Below are positions 1 to 13,258 of a stretch of DNA of 64,000 nucleotides, in pieces. The notes beneath the pieces are model-generated. The model ran no database searches. It worked only from the letters and a program-made list of their open reading frames with translations, and was not told the DNA's origin. Positions within the stretch are counted from its first letter, which is position 1, and every line of letters starts with the position of its first letter. Origin of the DNA: Marsupella aquatica (lineage: Eukaryota > Plantae > Marchantiophyta); NCBI GenBank assembly GCA_973895155.1, contig OZ316896.1, forward strand, positions 5,630,066 through 5,694,065, written 5' to 3'. The translations under genes were made by a program, and so were the position numbers.

Positions 1-2741
1 GCCGAAGCTGACGTGAAGCGTATTGATCGTAAGTTGAAAATATGCCGTAATCCTGGTCTGCAGGACGAAAATAAAAAACGTGAAAGAAAAAGTAAGCACA
101 AGCCAAGGCGTGGCCAAGCCGTGCCTCCTGGGCAGGATGTTTCCGTTTCGGATATAGACCTAAATCATGGTGTGAAACGAAAGGCACAGTGATCCCAGTT
201 CAAGAAGAAGGCAGAGAGTAACCATTGCTCAACATGCGCCAACTGTTAAGATGCTATATCTCTGCTAAAGAGTACAAATTCATCGGAGCAGTCGTCCAGG
301 TGCATGACCATTGTCGTTTGATCCTGCTGCTCTGGGCGGCGTTGTTTATCGATCTGTAGGTCGCGGAGTACCCGTTCAATCTTACGGCGCTTCAATTTTT
401 TGGGTGCGCCTCCCTGTGCACCAGGAAGAAAAGTTTAAGGAAGCTGTAACACGGTACAAATTCTATCTCGACGTCGTCTAGGTATAGTGCTGTGGTGGTT
501 TGCCTTTTCTGTACCTGGGCAGACTTGGGCACCAGGCGGGAAGGATAAAAGACGCAAAACCTCTTCGAAAGGGTGAAATTTCGCTGGATATTCTGCAAGT
601 TTATCGGAGCAATCATCCACTAACATCAGTGTTGTGGTTGACTTCTGCTGCTCTGTCCCTGTAAACCAAGCAGCATGTAAATATCCATTATCTTTGCCGA
701 AGAATGGAATTTTATATGAGATGTCCTTCAATTGGATCGTTGCTGTAGTTTGCTTATGCTCTGGCATCAGGCTGGATGATGCACTTGGGCAAATGCATCA
801 TAGGCGCGAATTGCTGCTGCTGCTCTGTCCCGAGGCACCGGGTTGGAAATTGTAAACGTGCAGTGCCTCTGCTTAAGGGTGCGAATATATCTTGACAATA
901 GTCCAGCTGCATTGCTGTTGTGGCTGACATCTACTCCTCTATCTCTGGGAACCTGGGAGGAAATTATGAAGATGCCATATGCAATTAAGTGTTTAACTTC
1001 ATTAGACCATTTGTCCAAGTGTATTACTCTTGTTGTGGTTTACTCCAGCTGCTCTATTCCTGGGCCAGGCATGGAAGCGTAAAGGTGGAGAGTCTATCCT
1101 GTACAAATAGGAAACCATTTAAGAAATCTGTTGCGGTTTTCGTCTTGGCTATATTGCTGGCACCAGGCTCATTCGGTACATGCCAATTCATTTTGTTGAT
1201 GAGACTGAGTAGTTCTATTTCATGAAAATAGATCATTCTTCTGTACCAGGGCTTTGATCTACTCATAGATATCGTGAGCCTTGATGTTCGTATCAAGAAC
1301 ATTGCTCAATCGCGAATTGTAAACATTATTATTAAAAGTTCTCTGCCCTAATCGGCTGAATACTCTTCTACGCGGATGATCTCCACCCCCAGAAGGATTT
1401 CGAACTTTCAAAAATAATGTGGTCATTACTGTGCTATACAATCATGGCTAGATTGTAATTTATTCAGAAGAGTCAACCCAGAATATAATTTGTAGACAGC
1501 ACATCACAAAGACCTAGTCGTCATGACGAGCCATGGCACTTCCTATTTTTCTGGAACGGAGAACCATATCAAAATTTCGAGTGGGCTATGTGTGTTGAAC
1601 CGTTTAGCACTCTCCATCGAGTCGTGGATGCCAGAGGCGATCTGATACACAGATGAAGTCAAATAAAGTTATTTGGATGTGCAATGGCTTATGCCTGCCT
1701 GCCCAAACTACCCTGAAGATCGTCTGCTTCGAATGATTTTGGTTTTCTAGTCATTTCAGGGCAATGTTGTCAGCACGAAAGGGACTCTTGGGTTTGGAAC
1801 TTTGCGGAAGGACCTCACTCACTTTAGTTGATCCGATGTTAAATTTTGAAGCTCTGAATGAGGCACGCTCCGGCCAGTCGAGAATGCTGCCAGTCATTAG
1901 GTTCAGAGTGCCAACAACGTTTCTTGCTTGAATATTGAATGGCTTCTATATGTTTATGCCGAGAAAGCCAACAAAATTCTTCCTTGAACATCCAAGGCTA
2001 GCGAATTTTTCACGGATGTTATGGGCAGTCTTGGTCTCATATTATTTCAACAAATGCTTCACATGATTTTCAGGAAATGAGATTCGTGTCTACGAGGTGT
2101 AAAATTTTGACCCATAATTTTCCGTGATGTCCGCAAAGTGTGCATTCGTCTGTACTGCATCAGCAAGGAATAAGCTTGGATCGAAGGGCTCAAAAACTTA
2201 TTTTGCCACACTTTCAAGCAGAAATCTTAAGCGTCTCAAGAGCATCACGCTAAGCATAAACTTAACATATTTTGTCAGGTAACTTTCAAGCAGAATAATC
2301 AAGCCTCTCCAGAGTATCACGTTAAGCATAAACTTGGCAAGGAAGAGAACTGCAAGTACCATGCATTAAATTGTCGCTGTCTGAGAACTTGCCAAGCGAC
2401 CTTCCCCTCTCAAGAGCATCACTCAAATATTCATGTGTCCAGGAACTTGGGCACGGGACCCTAGCCTTTCAAGACAATCATGCAAAAGTTCTGCGTAATC
2501 TATGAAGTCTGTAAGGGATCTTGCAAGATTGCATCATGCCCATGTTTATGTTGAACGTACCATGTAACATCACAACAAGCTGGAAAGCTGTTCTCCAACA
2601 ACCCTGGATCGAAAATAACATTAATTTTCCAACTGTACAATTGATTTGCCACATCATGCATTATGAGTAACCAGCACATCAATGTTCCACTTGACGGTCA
2701 CTACTGTAGACAATATCGGCAGGAGCTAAAGTGGAACTTTC

Positions 2742-4957
2742 TCATCCTTTCGTGGAAGACCTTTTCTTCCCCCTCTGGTAGTAGTTTCTTGGTATTTTGT
2801 ACCGCTTTCTACGTGCACGAGGTCTACCTTCAACCTTGATCTTGCAAGATTGATCAACTTCAACATTTACATCATCTTTGTGCGTGATAGTGTCCTCATT
2901 TTCTAATTCTCCATCAAGTTCAAGATCTCCTTCCTCCGTTACATCAGGAGAAGCGTCCACTGGACGGTCACTACTGTGGAAACTATCGGCAGGAGCTACA
3001 ACTGGATCCACCAAGGGAATGTCAGCAACAGGTGAATGTAATTCGCTCCTCGGTCTCTTTGTTCTCTCCTCAGGTGATTGTAATTCGCTCCTCGGTCTCT
3101 TTGTTCTCTCCTCAGGTGATTGTAATTCGCTCCTCGATCTCTTTGTTCTATCCCTGGTTTTGACTGTTGGGGTTGTTGGGGTTGTTGCAGAAGTGGGACA
3201 TACCCCGAGAGTTTCCGTCCTTGTTGCTACGTCTGGTCCTGCTGTAAATAAAGGTGACTGTAATATGCTCTGTACAAGATCCGCTTCTGGAGATATGGTT
3301 GTTCCTAGACAGTCTTTGATTGTATTTCCGGTGATTCCTGGTGGTCCAGCTGAACTGGTTGGACTTGCAGAAGGTGACGGTATGCCAGGAGAAGAACTCT
3401 TCGGAACACCTTTTCGCATATTCAACAGCATGTAGACCCATGCAGAGGGAAACCCAATCATGAAGCATTGGACTAGCTGCACATGGCATATCCAAGAAAC
3501 AGTAAGACAACCAAAAGACGGAAGTGCAATTCAGACTGAATGACAAAGAAAGAACACTAAGAGCCTCAAGAGTGTAAGAATATGAAATTTTGGGCTATGA
3601 AGATTGATGGTGAAACGGATGCTCACAGAGGGCGAAAAGCCGCTGGCAATGGACTTTTCTATGTTGATCATGCCCATCAATCCAACCTCCAGTCCGTCAG
3701 TTGTGCGCAGCTTCCACCTTTCTAACCGCTCCACCACAGTCCCGGCTTCGAAATAGTCTTGGTCTTCCATTCTGCATGACTCGCAGATTTCAGAGTTAGA
3801 CTCGACCAGAGATCCTGGAAGGTATTTCTAGGGATTCAATTGTCATACCGATTTATCCCTTTTAGAATGTCAGAGTGCTTCGAATAGAGAAGGGTAATGT
3901 GCTTAGCCAAGGAGAATTCCACACAGCGATCAAACTGATGCATTTTCTTTCCATTCGTTCCATTCATTGAAATTCCTTCTATTTCGTTTCGCACTATCCC
4001 TTTGACCCTGATGCGTTCCCTCTCAATAGAGGAAGGCATCTATCATGAAAACGAGGGATGTGGAAACGAGTACAGACCGAGGGCACCGATAGCCACCAAT
4101 AGCCACACTCGAGAATCTGGAGGGGTCTGCAGCATAACCTTCGCGGGGGGGTTTCATCAGATGCCAGCCATAGAGAATTATCTGCGAGGGCAACAATTAT
4201 GGTTGAATTGACGCCAAAAATCTCTTCAGCCTATCTCGACAGAAGATAATTCTCTAAACACACGGGAAAAAGTGCAAGAGAAATGCAATACCTGTTTTAG
4301 CGGAGCCTTCGTTTGCGTGGGAGAATTGGCCATGAATCCTGGGCGCAACGAGGAGCTCCTCGTCTCAACTTCCCCGCGAATTAATGGAAAGTTTGGCATG
4401 CCACCAACAGCCGCAGCGTTTTGCTGAAACTCGAGGGACTCGACAAACAAGGAGCTTCGGCTTCTGGCCCTCGTTCTCTCGACCATACAGTTTGCTGAAC
4501 CACTCCTTTCACGGCGCATCGCTACAGAGCCACAGCAGCCACGGTCGCAAATGTTATTCGGGCGGCCAGTTTGGTCACTAATGGGAGTAGAGGAACCGGT
4601 TATTCCGTGGCAGTATCTCTTATGACTCGAGCTCTGATGATGATCATGATCGTCGTAGATGAGTTCTGGTTGTTGGCATCCACTGCAACTGCATGTCAGA
4701 TGAACGGAACCTCTTTGAACGTGACCAGCTCCATAGAGGAAAGCTTCACTATGAAGCTCGCCCATGTCCGGCTGCATATCAGGAAATCTCCCCGGCAAGC
4801 ACGCTATCTGATTACCGTAAAACTCATCCCTATAGTTCCTTTGGTGGCACTCCCCAGTTGTCACATGGCCTGAACGGATAGCTCCTCCATTCCTTATGTC
4901 AACACTTTCATATCTTCTTGGCGGCAGTTCCCCAGCGTAGAACATAGAGGAATTCAT
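2742..4957 (-). CDS. Putative multi-exon gene of unknown function with a low-complexity S/P/T- and K/R-rich C-terminus
   Basis: Successive minus-strand open segments (about 4957-4292, 4040-3849, 3771-3628, 3476-2742) are bounded by plausible GT donors (4291, 3848, 3627) and tgcAG acceptors (3772, 3477). No recognisable domain; the exon model is not verified. Confidence 0.35.
3030..3150. repeat. 42-bp coding tandem repeat, about 3 copies (ELQSPEERTKRPRS on the minus strand)
   Basis: caggtga(a/t)tgtaattcgctcctcg(g/a)tctctttgttct recurs with a 42-nt period. Confidence 0.9.
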
Positions 4958-6299
4958 ACTCGTTACCAATGGACAATGGAGAACCAAAGCAAGCAGCCCG
5001 CAAAAATGCAGCTCGACTCCCGACCTCTCCAACTTCCTTCAAGCTGCCAAATCATTTAATCCCAACTCCAATGCCAAGATTCGAAGAGCTGTGGGAGAAA
5101 GAGCGAAGCGCTCTGCAGCCAAAATGTAGAGAGCATATCAGTAGACGTAAGCAATGTGCGTTCGAGTAGACCAAGCTCGCAACAAGACATAAACCCACGA
5201 CGAGGCGAGACGTTGAGAAACTGAAATCGCGCCAGCAAGCGAAACTTCCACATTCCAAGCCAAAGTTGATTTTACTTCGGACATGAGAGCCAGCAACAAC
5301 GCAGGGAAGAACCCCGAGCCATCCCCAAAAGAGTCCTCGTCGGTCAGTAAACTTCGGAGAGCGTTTCCTAGTTCGAGACACCTGACGAAATTCGTTTAGA
5401 GACAGAAAGCTGGAGGGCCGTGAACTTTCCCGCCAAGGTATGACAGAATATTCATTGGAACTAGCACAAGAGAGCGAACACAGTCATGTGGAATCAGAAA
5501 GGGCGTCAGAGAGGGTCCTTCAATCTTCCACGAGACCGTAACAGTCTTGCCATGCAACAACGAGAAGTGAGACATCGTGCTCTTAAAAACACGCGGTATG
5601 CTGGAAACGATCATACCCATTGATTGAGAAGCTCCGCCAACACTGACGGAACGACCCATCCGTCAATCGTTTCCACCAGAACTGCATAGGGCTGGCCCCG
5701 AAAGAACCCAACTGGAACGACGACGCTCTAGCAATTCCTCAAGCTCATCCCCGAAGGAAACTCTCCAGCCTCCTCGCCCCCTCGCCTCTACTCGCCAAAA
5801 CAACCATCCCCGTCCTCGAGTGAGCACCGCAGTGATTTCAGAAACGCCTGAGGAAGGATGTGCGTGACAACGCGCCAGCAAATGCTGAAAAACTCTCTCG
5901 ACCGCAGTTTCCATACACCAAAACAAAACTCACTGGACCACAGTTTGCGTTCGAGACCAAAAACTAAATAGAATCGCTCTCGAGGTCGACGATTACCATA
6001 CTTTGCAGATTGGGTTGACGTCGGGCGGTTCCCTGCAGTGTGTGATGTCCACCTGCTAATGGTGAATTCTTGGTGAGAGGAAACAGCGAACGAAATAATA
6101 CGCAGGAGGTGCTGAGTTGGGCATTTTGAGGGTTTTACAGGGTTTTGCCGTCCCGCCAAATGAGCACCGGGATACGGTATGGGTTTGAATGGAAAAGTTT
6201 GTTTCAAGAGAGACATAATAGTTGAAGGGACCCCATGAAAAATATTATCTGATGGACCCACTGATGGACCCCATGAGGGATCTATGCTCATGATGAAGC

Positions 6300-6725
6300 T
6301 TAAATCAAGGTACCCAAAATCTCATGGGGCCTCATGGAGTCCACCACATAGCACTTTTCAATTTAGGACTTGAAATGAAGGTACCCAAAATCTCATGGGG
6401 TTTCATGGAGTCCATCCGGTACCACTATCCAATTACTACCTGAAATCAGGGTACCCAAAATCTCATGGAGTCCATCAAGTAACACTTTTTCAATATAGTA
6501 CCTTAAAAGAAGGTATCTAAAATCTCATGGGGTCTCATGTAGTACATCAAGTAACACTTTTCAATTTAGTACCTTAAATCAAGGCACCCAAAATCTCATG
6601 GGGCCTCATGGAGTCCATCAAGTAACACTTTCCAATTTAGTACCTGAAATCAAGGTAATCAAAATCTCATGGGAACTTATGGAGTCCATCAAATAACACT
6701 TTTCAATTTAGGGGTCCATCAAGTA
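6300..6725. repeat. Tandem array of about 6 copies of a ~71-bp unit
   Basis: The unit aaatcaaggtacccaaaatctcatggggcctcatggagtccatcaagtaacacttttcaatttagtacc(t) is repeated with variation. Inverted partial copies (gatggacccc atgag) lie at about 6225-6280. Confidence 0.9.
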
Positions 6726-8163
6726 TATTTTTTTTCTTAACCACAAGGTACAAGTTACTTGTGTCTTGATTAGAGCACATCAAAATGTCACAATATATGG
6801 AGTACAATAAACATCACTCAGCGATGAAGATTGAGTTTATCATGGTATGGAGTGTCACACTACATTATATATTGTCCCATTTTGATGTGCAATTACCGGA
6901 ATGCCACTTTATATATTAGAGGATGATCCCAATGGGAATTATAGGATCCATTAACCAAACCAACTCCTGATCAATAATATTGAATAATCTTGCAAGTACC
7001 GGTCGAGTTAGATGAAATAGTTGATTTTAGAGCCTCTAGCCAAATTCCTTTCAAAGACCCTCCTATGCAGTACCTGGGAGCTCTACCAGACTTATCAGTC
7101 TACTGATAGTTCGGGTTTTAGCTTTTTAGTTCATGGTGATTGTTGCAGGGACTTTTTCATAGGATTCCTGTGTTTACGGACCCCACTAGAGGTCCCTTCC
7201 AAAATTCCTGGCACCACAGCATGCCACGTCAGCAACAACCGCAACAAACAAGAATGGTCATGTTTGCGCAACGAATAAACTCCTCTCCATCTTGTTTACG
7301 TCGCTTTTCGTGTAATTTTATGGACGCCGTGCCGTCAAAACATAATGTAAAAGTAATTAAAAGTAATTCATCCAAATCTATTGATACAAAGGGTGAGATT
7401 AAAAACATTCACCCATATTCTCTTTACTTAAATTTATAAAGTTTTTTTATAAAAGTAAATAGTGCTCAACATTGAAAATAACCGTATTCCTGTGTAACTG
7501 CCGAAATAAAACCGTCAGAACAAAAAAAGCAAATCAACATTTCGGATAGGGAGGCTAACGTTGCTGGAGCCGAGGTGTTAACAGAACAACCAGCGAAGGC
7601 AAAACCAGTGCGCATTGGATTCATTTTGGGCGAGATTCTGCAATTGTTTCCCGAATCCCCTCATGAACTTCTAATTTACTTTCCACAACGGATAATGGAA
7701 CACCACAGATAGACTAGGTAACATATCAAGCTTCCTCGAGCAATCCCTCCACCAGCCAAGTACGACCAGTCTTCATGCTGTTCAGACTCCTTCAGCCTCC
7801 CTAGACGAAGCTACCGTCCTCGCCTCCTTCGACCTAGCAAATGTCCGAGATCTCGAGAGAAGCAAAGAATTCAAGCAGCTGTCGAACCACAACCCGAGTC
7901 TCACACACAGAGCAGCCGTCAATTAGGAGAAATTCCTAAGCATGTAGGAACGAACACACTACCTCTTTCCCGAGTGCCGATTGCCTCGCTCCCCTTCCTG
8001 AAGAGCCGTAGACGAGATGAGCACTAACTGTGAAGGAAACTGGCGTACAAGTCGTGGCATCCGAACCGAGTAGGCGTCCACCACCGGCTGCCCAAACTAG
8101 CATGCAAACAGAAACAACATCACAGCCGGACCACATTTGCGGAGGGGGAAACGGTGATGGCGG

Positions 8164-8673
8164 ATGGGCATTTTTCCAATTTTCTGGAAACCCCAGTCAG
8201 ATCGTCAAGGCAGTCAAAATGCAGGTGCATTTGAGAATTCGCATGTATTCCAAAACCAAAGAGGTGGAAAGGACATTCTATCGTACCTCAGGGCCAGAGA
8301 TCTGAATTTCAGAAAAGAGGCGCAACACATCTTAATCAGAAACAAATAGATCGAGCAGAAAGAAGTAGAAGCAAAGAGAATTGATAAGGACATTGACAAG
8401 ATCGAGAGAAAGCCTCGCATAGAAGAGCAGAAAGGCAGCGACCTGAGCAGAAGAAAAAGGCAAAAGCAGATCGATCGAGACAGAAAGAAAAGTGAAACTG
8501 AACCCCGATCTAAGGCCGAAAACTCACAAGCAAAAGAGAGAATTGAAGCAGCAGAAGTATCGGGAGGCACTGGCGAAAGAGATTTGACAAGGAGATTTGA
8601 AAAGCATATAAAGGCTCTGAAAATTGAAGAACGAGAAATAGAAGCGCCGGCCCCGGAAGGAACTCAAAACTGA
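8164..8673 (+). pseudogene. Decayed K/E/R-rich coiled-coil-like ORF, possibly a retrotransposon accessory-ORF remnant
   Basis: The frame reads ...QHILIRNK*IEQKEVEAKRIDKDIDKIERK...EGTQN* with one internal TAG. No diagnostic domain. Confidence 0.25.
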
Positions 8674-9125
8674 AATCGAACAAGGTCAACTTTCATTGTT
8701 GAACTCTTCTCTTGATTCTGACTTGTTAAGGCTTTTAAGGATTCTATTCGTCAGACTCTTGCTTCTTGTTGTACTTTTTTAGTAGGAGTAGTGGTCGTCA
8801 TCGAATTCCTGGTTGTAGTCATTTGAGTGAAGGACGCTTTTGAACACTTGTCTGAACTCTAAGCAGTTGCAGGATTACGTACTGAACAATTATAGCACAT
8901 GAGGAAACTGAGTCAGTTTGCATTTAGCTTGCGATAGGATGTCTTGTTTTGTTACTATTCGAAAGTTTCTGTGTTGGTGCTGGAAACGAAAATGGAATTA
9001 TAGATCATCATGTTATAGAGATAAATGGCCGAGAGGGAGAGAACATTATGTTTCCAACCTTATGCCGCGCGTATGTGAGAGCTATTTCCTGGACCACAGA
9101 ATCAACGCACGGGACTCAAATGTGC

Positions 9126-9303
9126 ATTTTTGTTTCCCAGTTAGAAAGGGCTCATCAATTATTTGCCGTAAGTTTTAAGATCCTATGACATAGATCATCC
9201 CGAGCTCCTTTGGGATTTTTGTTTCCCAGTTAGAAAGGGCTCATCAATTATTTGCCGTAAGTTTTAAGATCCTATGATAGAGATCGTCCCGAGCTCCTTT
9301 GGG
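9126..9303. repeat. 89-bp tandem duplication
   Basis: atttttgtttcccagttagaaagggctcatcaattatttgccgtaagttttaagatcctatga...cccgagctcctttggg occurs twice, nearly identical. Confidence 0.9.
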
Positions 9304-12300
9304 GCCGGTAAGCCAGTCTCTCGAGGACTTTTTTAGTAGGAGTAGTCGATGTTTGAAACAAGGCCCCGAGAGCTCTCTGAATTATGACCACAAAATTCAA
9401 ATTCCGCATTGGCGCTCCCTCCTCGGAATCGGCGGTCGATGCCACTGGACTATCCTGGATGTCAAGGGCTCTGCTGCTAGGCTATTGTTTGTAACCCAAC
9501 TTTTCCTGTCATTCCTCTCATCCCACTTTCGTGATTCACCAAACGAAAACGATTTGGGCCCCGCAGCTGAAAAGCATATCGCCTGCCTTTGAACCAAAAA
9601 AACAACTCTAGTTGCTCCTCCTGCTGTTTCTTCAGGACGCCTTTTCCCTCCCACAACTTTCACCGATCTCTTGGCCAGTCCACTTACATTATCCCCCGAA
9701 AATACAAAGGAACCCAATAGAGACTCGGAATAGGCACTTTGCCCTGTCGAAACACGCCATTGGGCAAGAGCTGTCATCGTGCGTGCTTGACGCCCCGTCC
9801 GCCCTCCACTAAAGCACACAGCCAAGCTGGTGCCTCGTCTTAAATCTCTCCTTGTCATCCGTGTCCTACACCATCTAGCAAATTTAAATCTACACTAACC
9901 GCACTTCAAGCGCACTACTCAAATTGAAGAAGAATCATGACAGGTCAAACTAGCCAAAGGCACTGCCACTGCAAGGAGCGGCTTGACATCAAAACAGTTC
10001 AGTCATCCATTCACTAACTCAGTGAAACACTTCTCCCATCATAGCACAACCATTCTCCCTCAGTGTAGCAAACCAACTCCTTCCATTTAAGCCCTTTCCC
10101 TTCCAGAATGTCTAAGATATCGGCATCCCGAGTGGATGTTCACTTCAGGCTCGATCAATGAACAAACGCCATCGGGACCTAGGCCCTCCAATCTACTGCA
10201 CATGTACCCTAATTCCTCAAGCGCGGTGCAACACCGGTCCCGCTGAAAGATCCTCCCATGCCTCCCGGCTCCGTTACTCCTTCCCCTTCATCTCACTCAC
10301 TGGCCTCCCTTCCTTCCTCCTCCTCTTCCTCCTCACCTCGTACCTTGCTACATCAAATTCCACCGCGCCAATGCTCCCAAGCTCTCAACTACAATCCAAT
10401 CCAATCCGTCCTCTGTCTCACTCACTCTACGTCTCCCTGTCCTACGAAATTCTATGTCTATGGACGATGGCGTGGAAGCACTTCAATCAAGCAAATTCAA
10501 TCAATCAATCGATCCATCACTCGATCAATCAATGAGGGGAGACGAGAAACACAGAGAGCTACAAGACGAGAATATGAAATCCTCAAATTGCAAGTGTCGA
10601 CAATTGTCACTGCTCCTCCTCCACGAGACTGAAAGGCGAATACGAAGTGAGCATTTTTGTTTGGAGCTTCTTGGCGGCCCAATGAGAAGTCTCTTGCCAC
10701 TCGTTTAAAAAGTGTTGCTAGGTTCCATTGGTGAAACTCGGGCGACAAACACTGCCGACTTTTATTTGATATACACATAGAATCTTTTATTTATATTATA
10801 TTATATTATTTTCCCTTCCGTGGCCAGTCATCGATACGAGCATCTCCAGAGGTGACTACTATAGGGATTTATTTGTAAGGATGCAAAGAGTATGGCAATT
10901 TAAAACATTGTAACTTCTCTGCTGAATGCAGGAAATGCTTAGACTGGGATCGAATCACAGACCGAGAGATCGAGAGGTGAAAGACTGAAAGCTGGACATC
11001 ATGTGACCTATAATTAGAGAGACACCTTAAATAAAGTGAGTCAAGCAACTTACACTTAGAGCCTATAATTAGACTGAAATTTATAACTAGATTGACACCT
11101 GAAATAAACTTAAGTGAGTCACAATTTTATGTGAGATGTATTTTATAGGCTAAGCTATCTTACTAATAATTTGCAAAGCTACTTAAGGCCTATGGTCTAG
11201 AGTTGGCAACTCCCAATAAAGACAAAACTGATAATGAGTCTTTAATAATCACACAACTTAAAAAATGAAAAAAAAAGTATGGGGGAGGGTGGACAAAGAA
11301 CTAGATTGGCACAGACGAACCCAAATTAAAGCATACTTAGAATTGTTTCCGTGTTAGTCAGGGTGTTAGTGTAACTTACTAGAGGTTTAAAGTTTGTTTG
11401 GTACTCACACAAGTCTTCTTGCAGAAAGGGCAGGTGTGTCGGCTGACTTACTTAATGGTGTTCGGGAAGTTGGACGTGAGTTTTCAAGTTACCTAGAGAA
11501 GAGAAGCTTCGGATAAGTTAAACAGCGCTTCTACATACAGGTTTGCTGTCTCCTAACATCAAGTTCTTCCTGCTTTTTGTGTGGTCCCTAACATGATTAT
11601 TGAACCCTAATTTCCTTACTATTTTCTAATATAATTTTTGGTTATTTAATTTGGCATTTACTCTGTTGCGGTCCTTTTAAGACGGTTTAGTGTGCTTCGA
11701 ATCCGGACCAACTCCAAATCATAGCCATGTTTGAATTGCTTTTTGTCATTACAATTTTGAATTGCAACAAAGATCCTCACTTTGTAAAGAACATGAAGTA
11801 AAAAAAGTTTATATATACAAATATATCTTTATATTGACTGAGTATTAAACTTATATAATTCATTAGATTAGATTACAAGGTTCTATAGTTGCCTGTACCA
11901 TTAGCATATTGTCCAAATGCAAGACTTGATCCCGGTTGGGATCATCGTCTTGGACAAATTTCTTGATTCGGCTTTAGGGGTGATACCCAAAACTGGGAGA
12001 ACTATGCCTTGACTTGGTACAAGTCTTGGAAGAAGTCGCAAGAGGACTCCTCCTTGCCGTTAACTTGGGAAATCCTAGTTGAGGGTCTTCGTGCTCATGT
12101 CACCACTAAGTACCTAGAGCGGCACGCTTAGAGATGTGTAACGTAAATGAGCTTTAGGGGTGATATCCAAATGATCATCACTTATTATCAAAACCAGTTG
12201 GTGTGTATCCCGACGGGGCAAGAGACACTACATACACAACTGCACAACTTTCTAGTGATTCACGAGTGGCGCCATGGGTCATCATTGTAGTAAGGATTGT

Positions 12301-12699
12301 TCCACCAAAGGTGGCAAGCCGAGCAGAGATGGAGGGCAGAAGGGCATTAAGTAATGCTCTAACCGAAATACCTAGGAGAACTATGCCTTGACTTGGTACA
12401 AGTCTTGGTAAATGAGCTTTAGGGGTGATATCCAAAAGCTCATCACTTATTATCAAAACCAGTTGGAAGTTAACGGCAATCACTTATTATGTCACAAGTT
12501 CTAACGGTAATCTGGGTGTTGCGTTGGTGGATACAGGCGCGGCCGCCTGCTTCATGAGTGGCATGACCTTCGAGTAGTGTTTATGGCATGACTTTGAAGA
12601 GGTGCTTGGCGCTCTGCTAACTTGGGCTGGAGCCAAGCAACCAACTCTTCTTGGTAACTACGAGATCGCGATAAGCAAGTCTCGTTTCTGAAATTTCAT

Positions 12700-13087
12700 T
12701 GAGCGAATTTTGGATGGACCCTAGCTAAAGATCAACCACACAGTTCACGAGAACAAGTTCATCTCGGGATAGCAAACCCATCGGAAATCCACTTTCCCTC
12801 TCATGCTCGGATACGCCATAACAGGTCACAAAAGCCAAGGTTGCACACTAGCGGGCAAGGTCGTGCTAGAAATATACAGTGCATTCACACCGGGACTGGT
12901 GTACGTTATGTTGAGTAGGGTCACAAATAGAGCATCCATGCGCATTGTTGGAGATCTTACGCCGCCGGACTTCAAAGTGTTCCACTTACCAATTCGTCGT
13001 GTTCAACAAGCAGATGTCGACCACCAAAGGCAACAAGGCAGCGAAGGCATCACAACAACAATGAGAAACAATGACAGGCGCAAATAG
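12700..13087 (+). pseudogene. C-terminal fragment of a PIF1-family (SF1B) helicase, likely Helitron- or other TE-derived
   Basis: Motifs FPLMLGYAITGHKSQG (motif V) and GLVYVMLSRV (motif VI) are present. Walker A/B motifs are missing and there are upstream in-frame stops. Confidence 0.8.
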
Positions 13088-13258
13088 CAATCCGACGAGC
13101 GCTACTCCTACAACAGTTTAGGTAAACAGTGTCCACATCATACTTCACCTTGTTGATGCAAGCGATATACAATGAAATGATGATACGAAAGTTGCAAGAT
13201 TCATTAACATTGACGGGCACTATTGTTCTAACACATTGTTCACGTCTTTCCTATGCAG

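Noticed and set aside
1-192. Open frame from the window start (AEADVKRIDRK...KRKAQ*) and possible small exons at 430-1300
   Set aside because: Too short and no recognisable motif; cannot be supported without upstream sequence.
6300-6725. Array as CRISPR
   Set aside because: Whole units repeat with no unique spacers, there are no cas genes, and the context is eukaryotic. The same applies to the arrays at 46235-47015, 55705-55885 and 56733-56910.
10137-10751. Possible LTR (TGTT...AACA) of a Gypsy-like remnant spanning ~7.5-10.8 kb
   Set aside because: No TSD, partner LTR, clear PPT/PBS or pol motifs were found.
11344-11593. Possible short solo LTR (tgttag...ctaaca)
   Set aside because: No matching TSD for any start/end combination tried.
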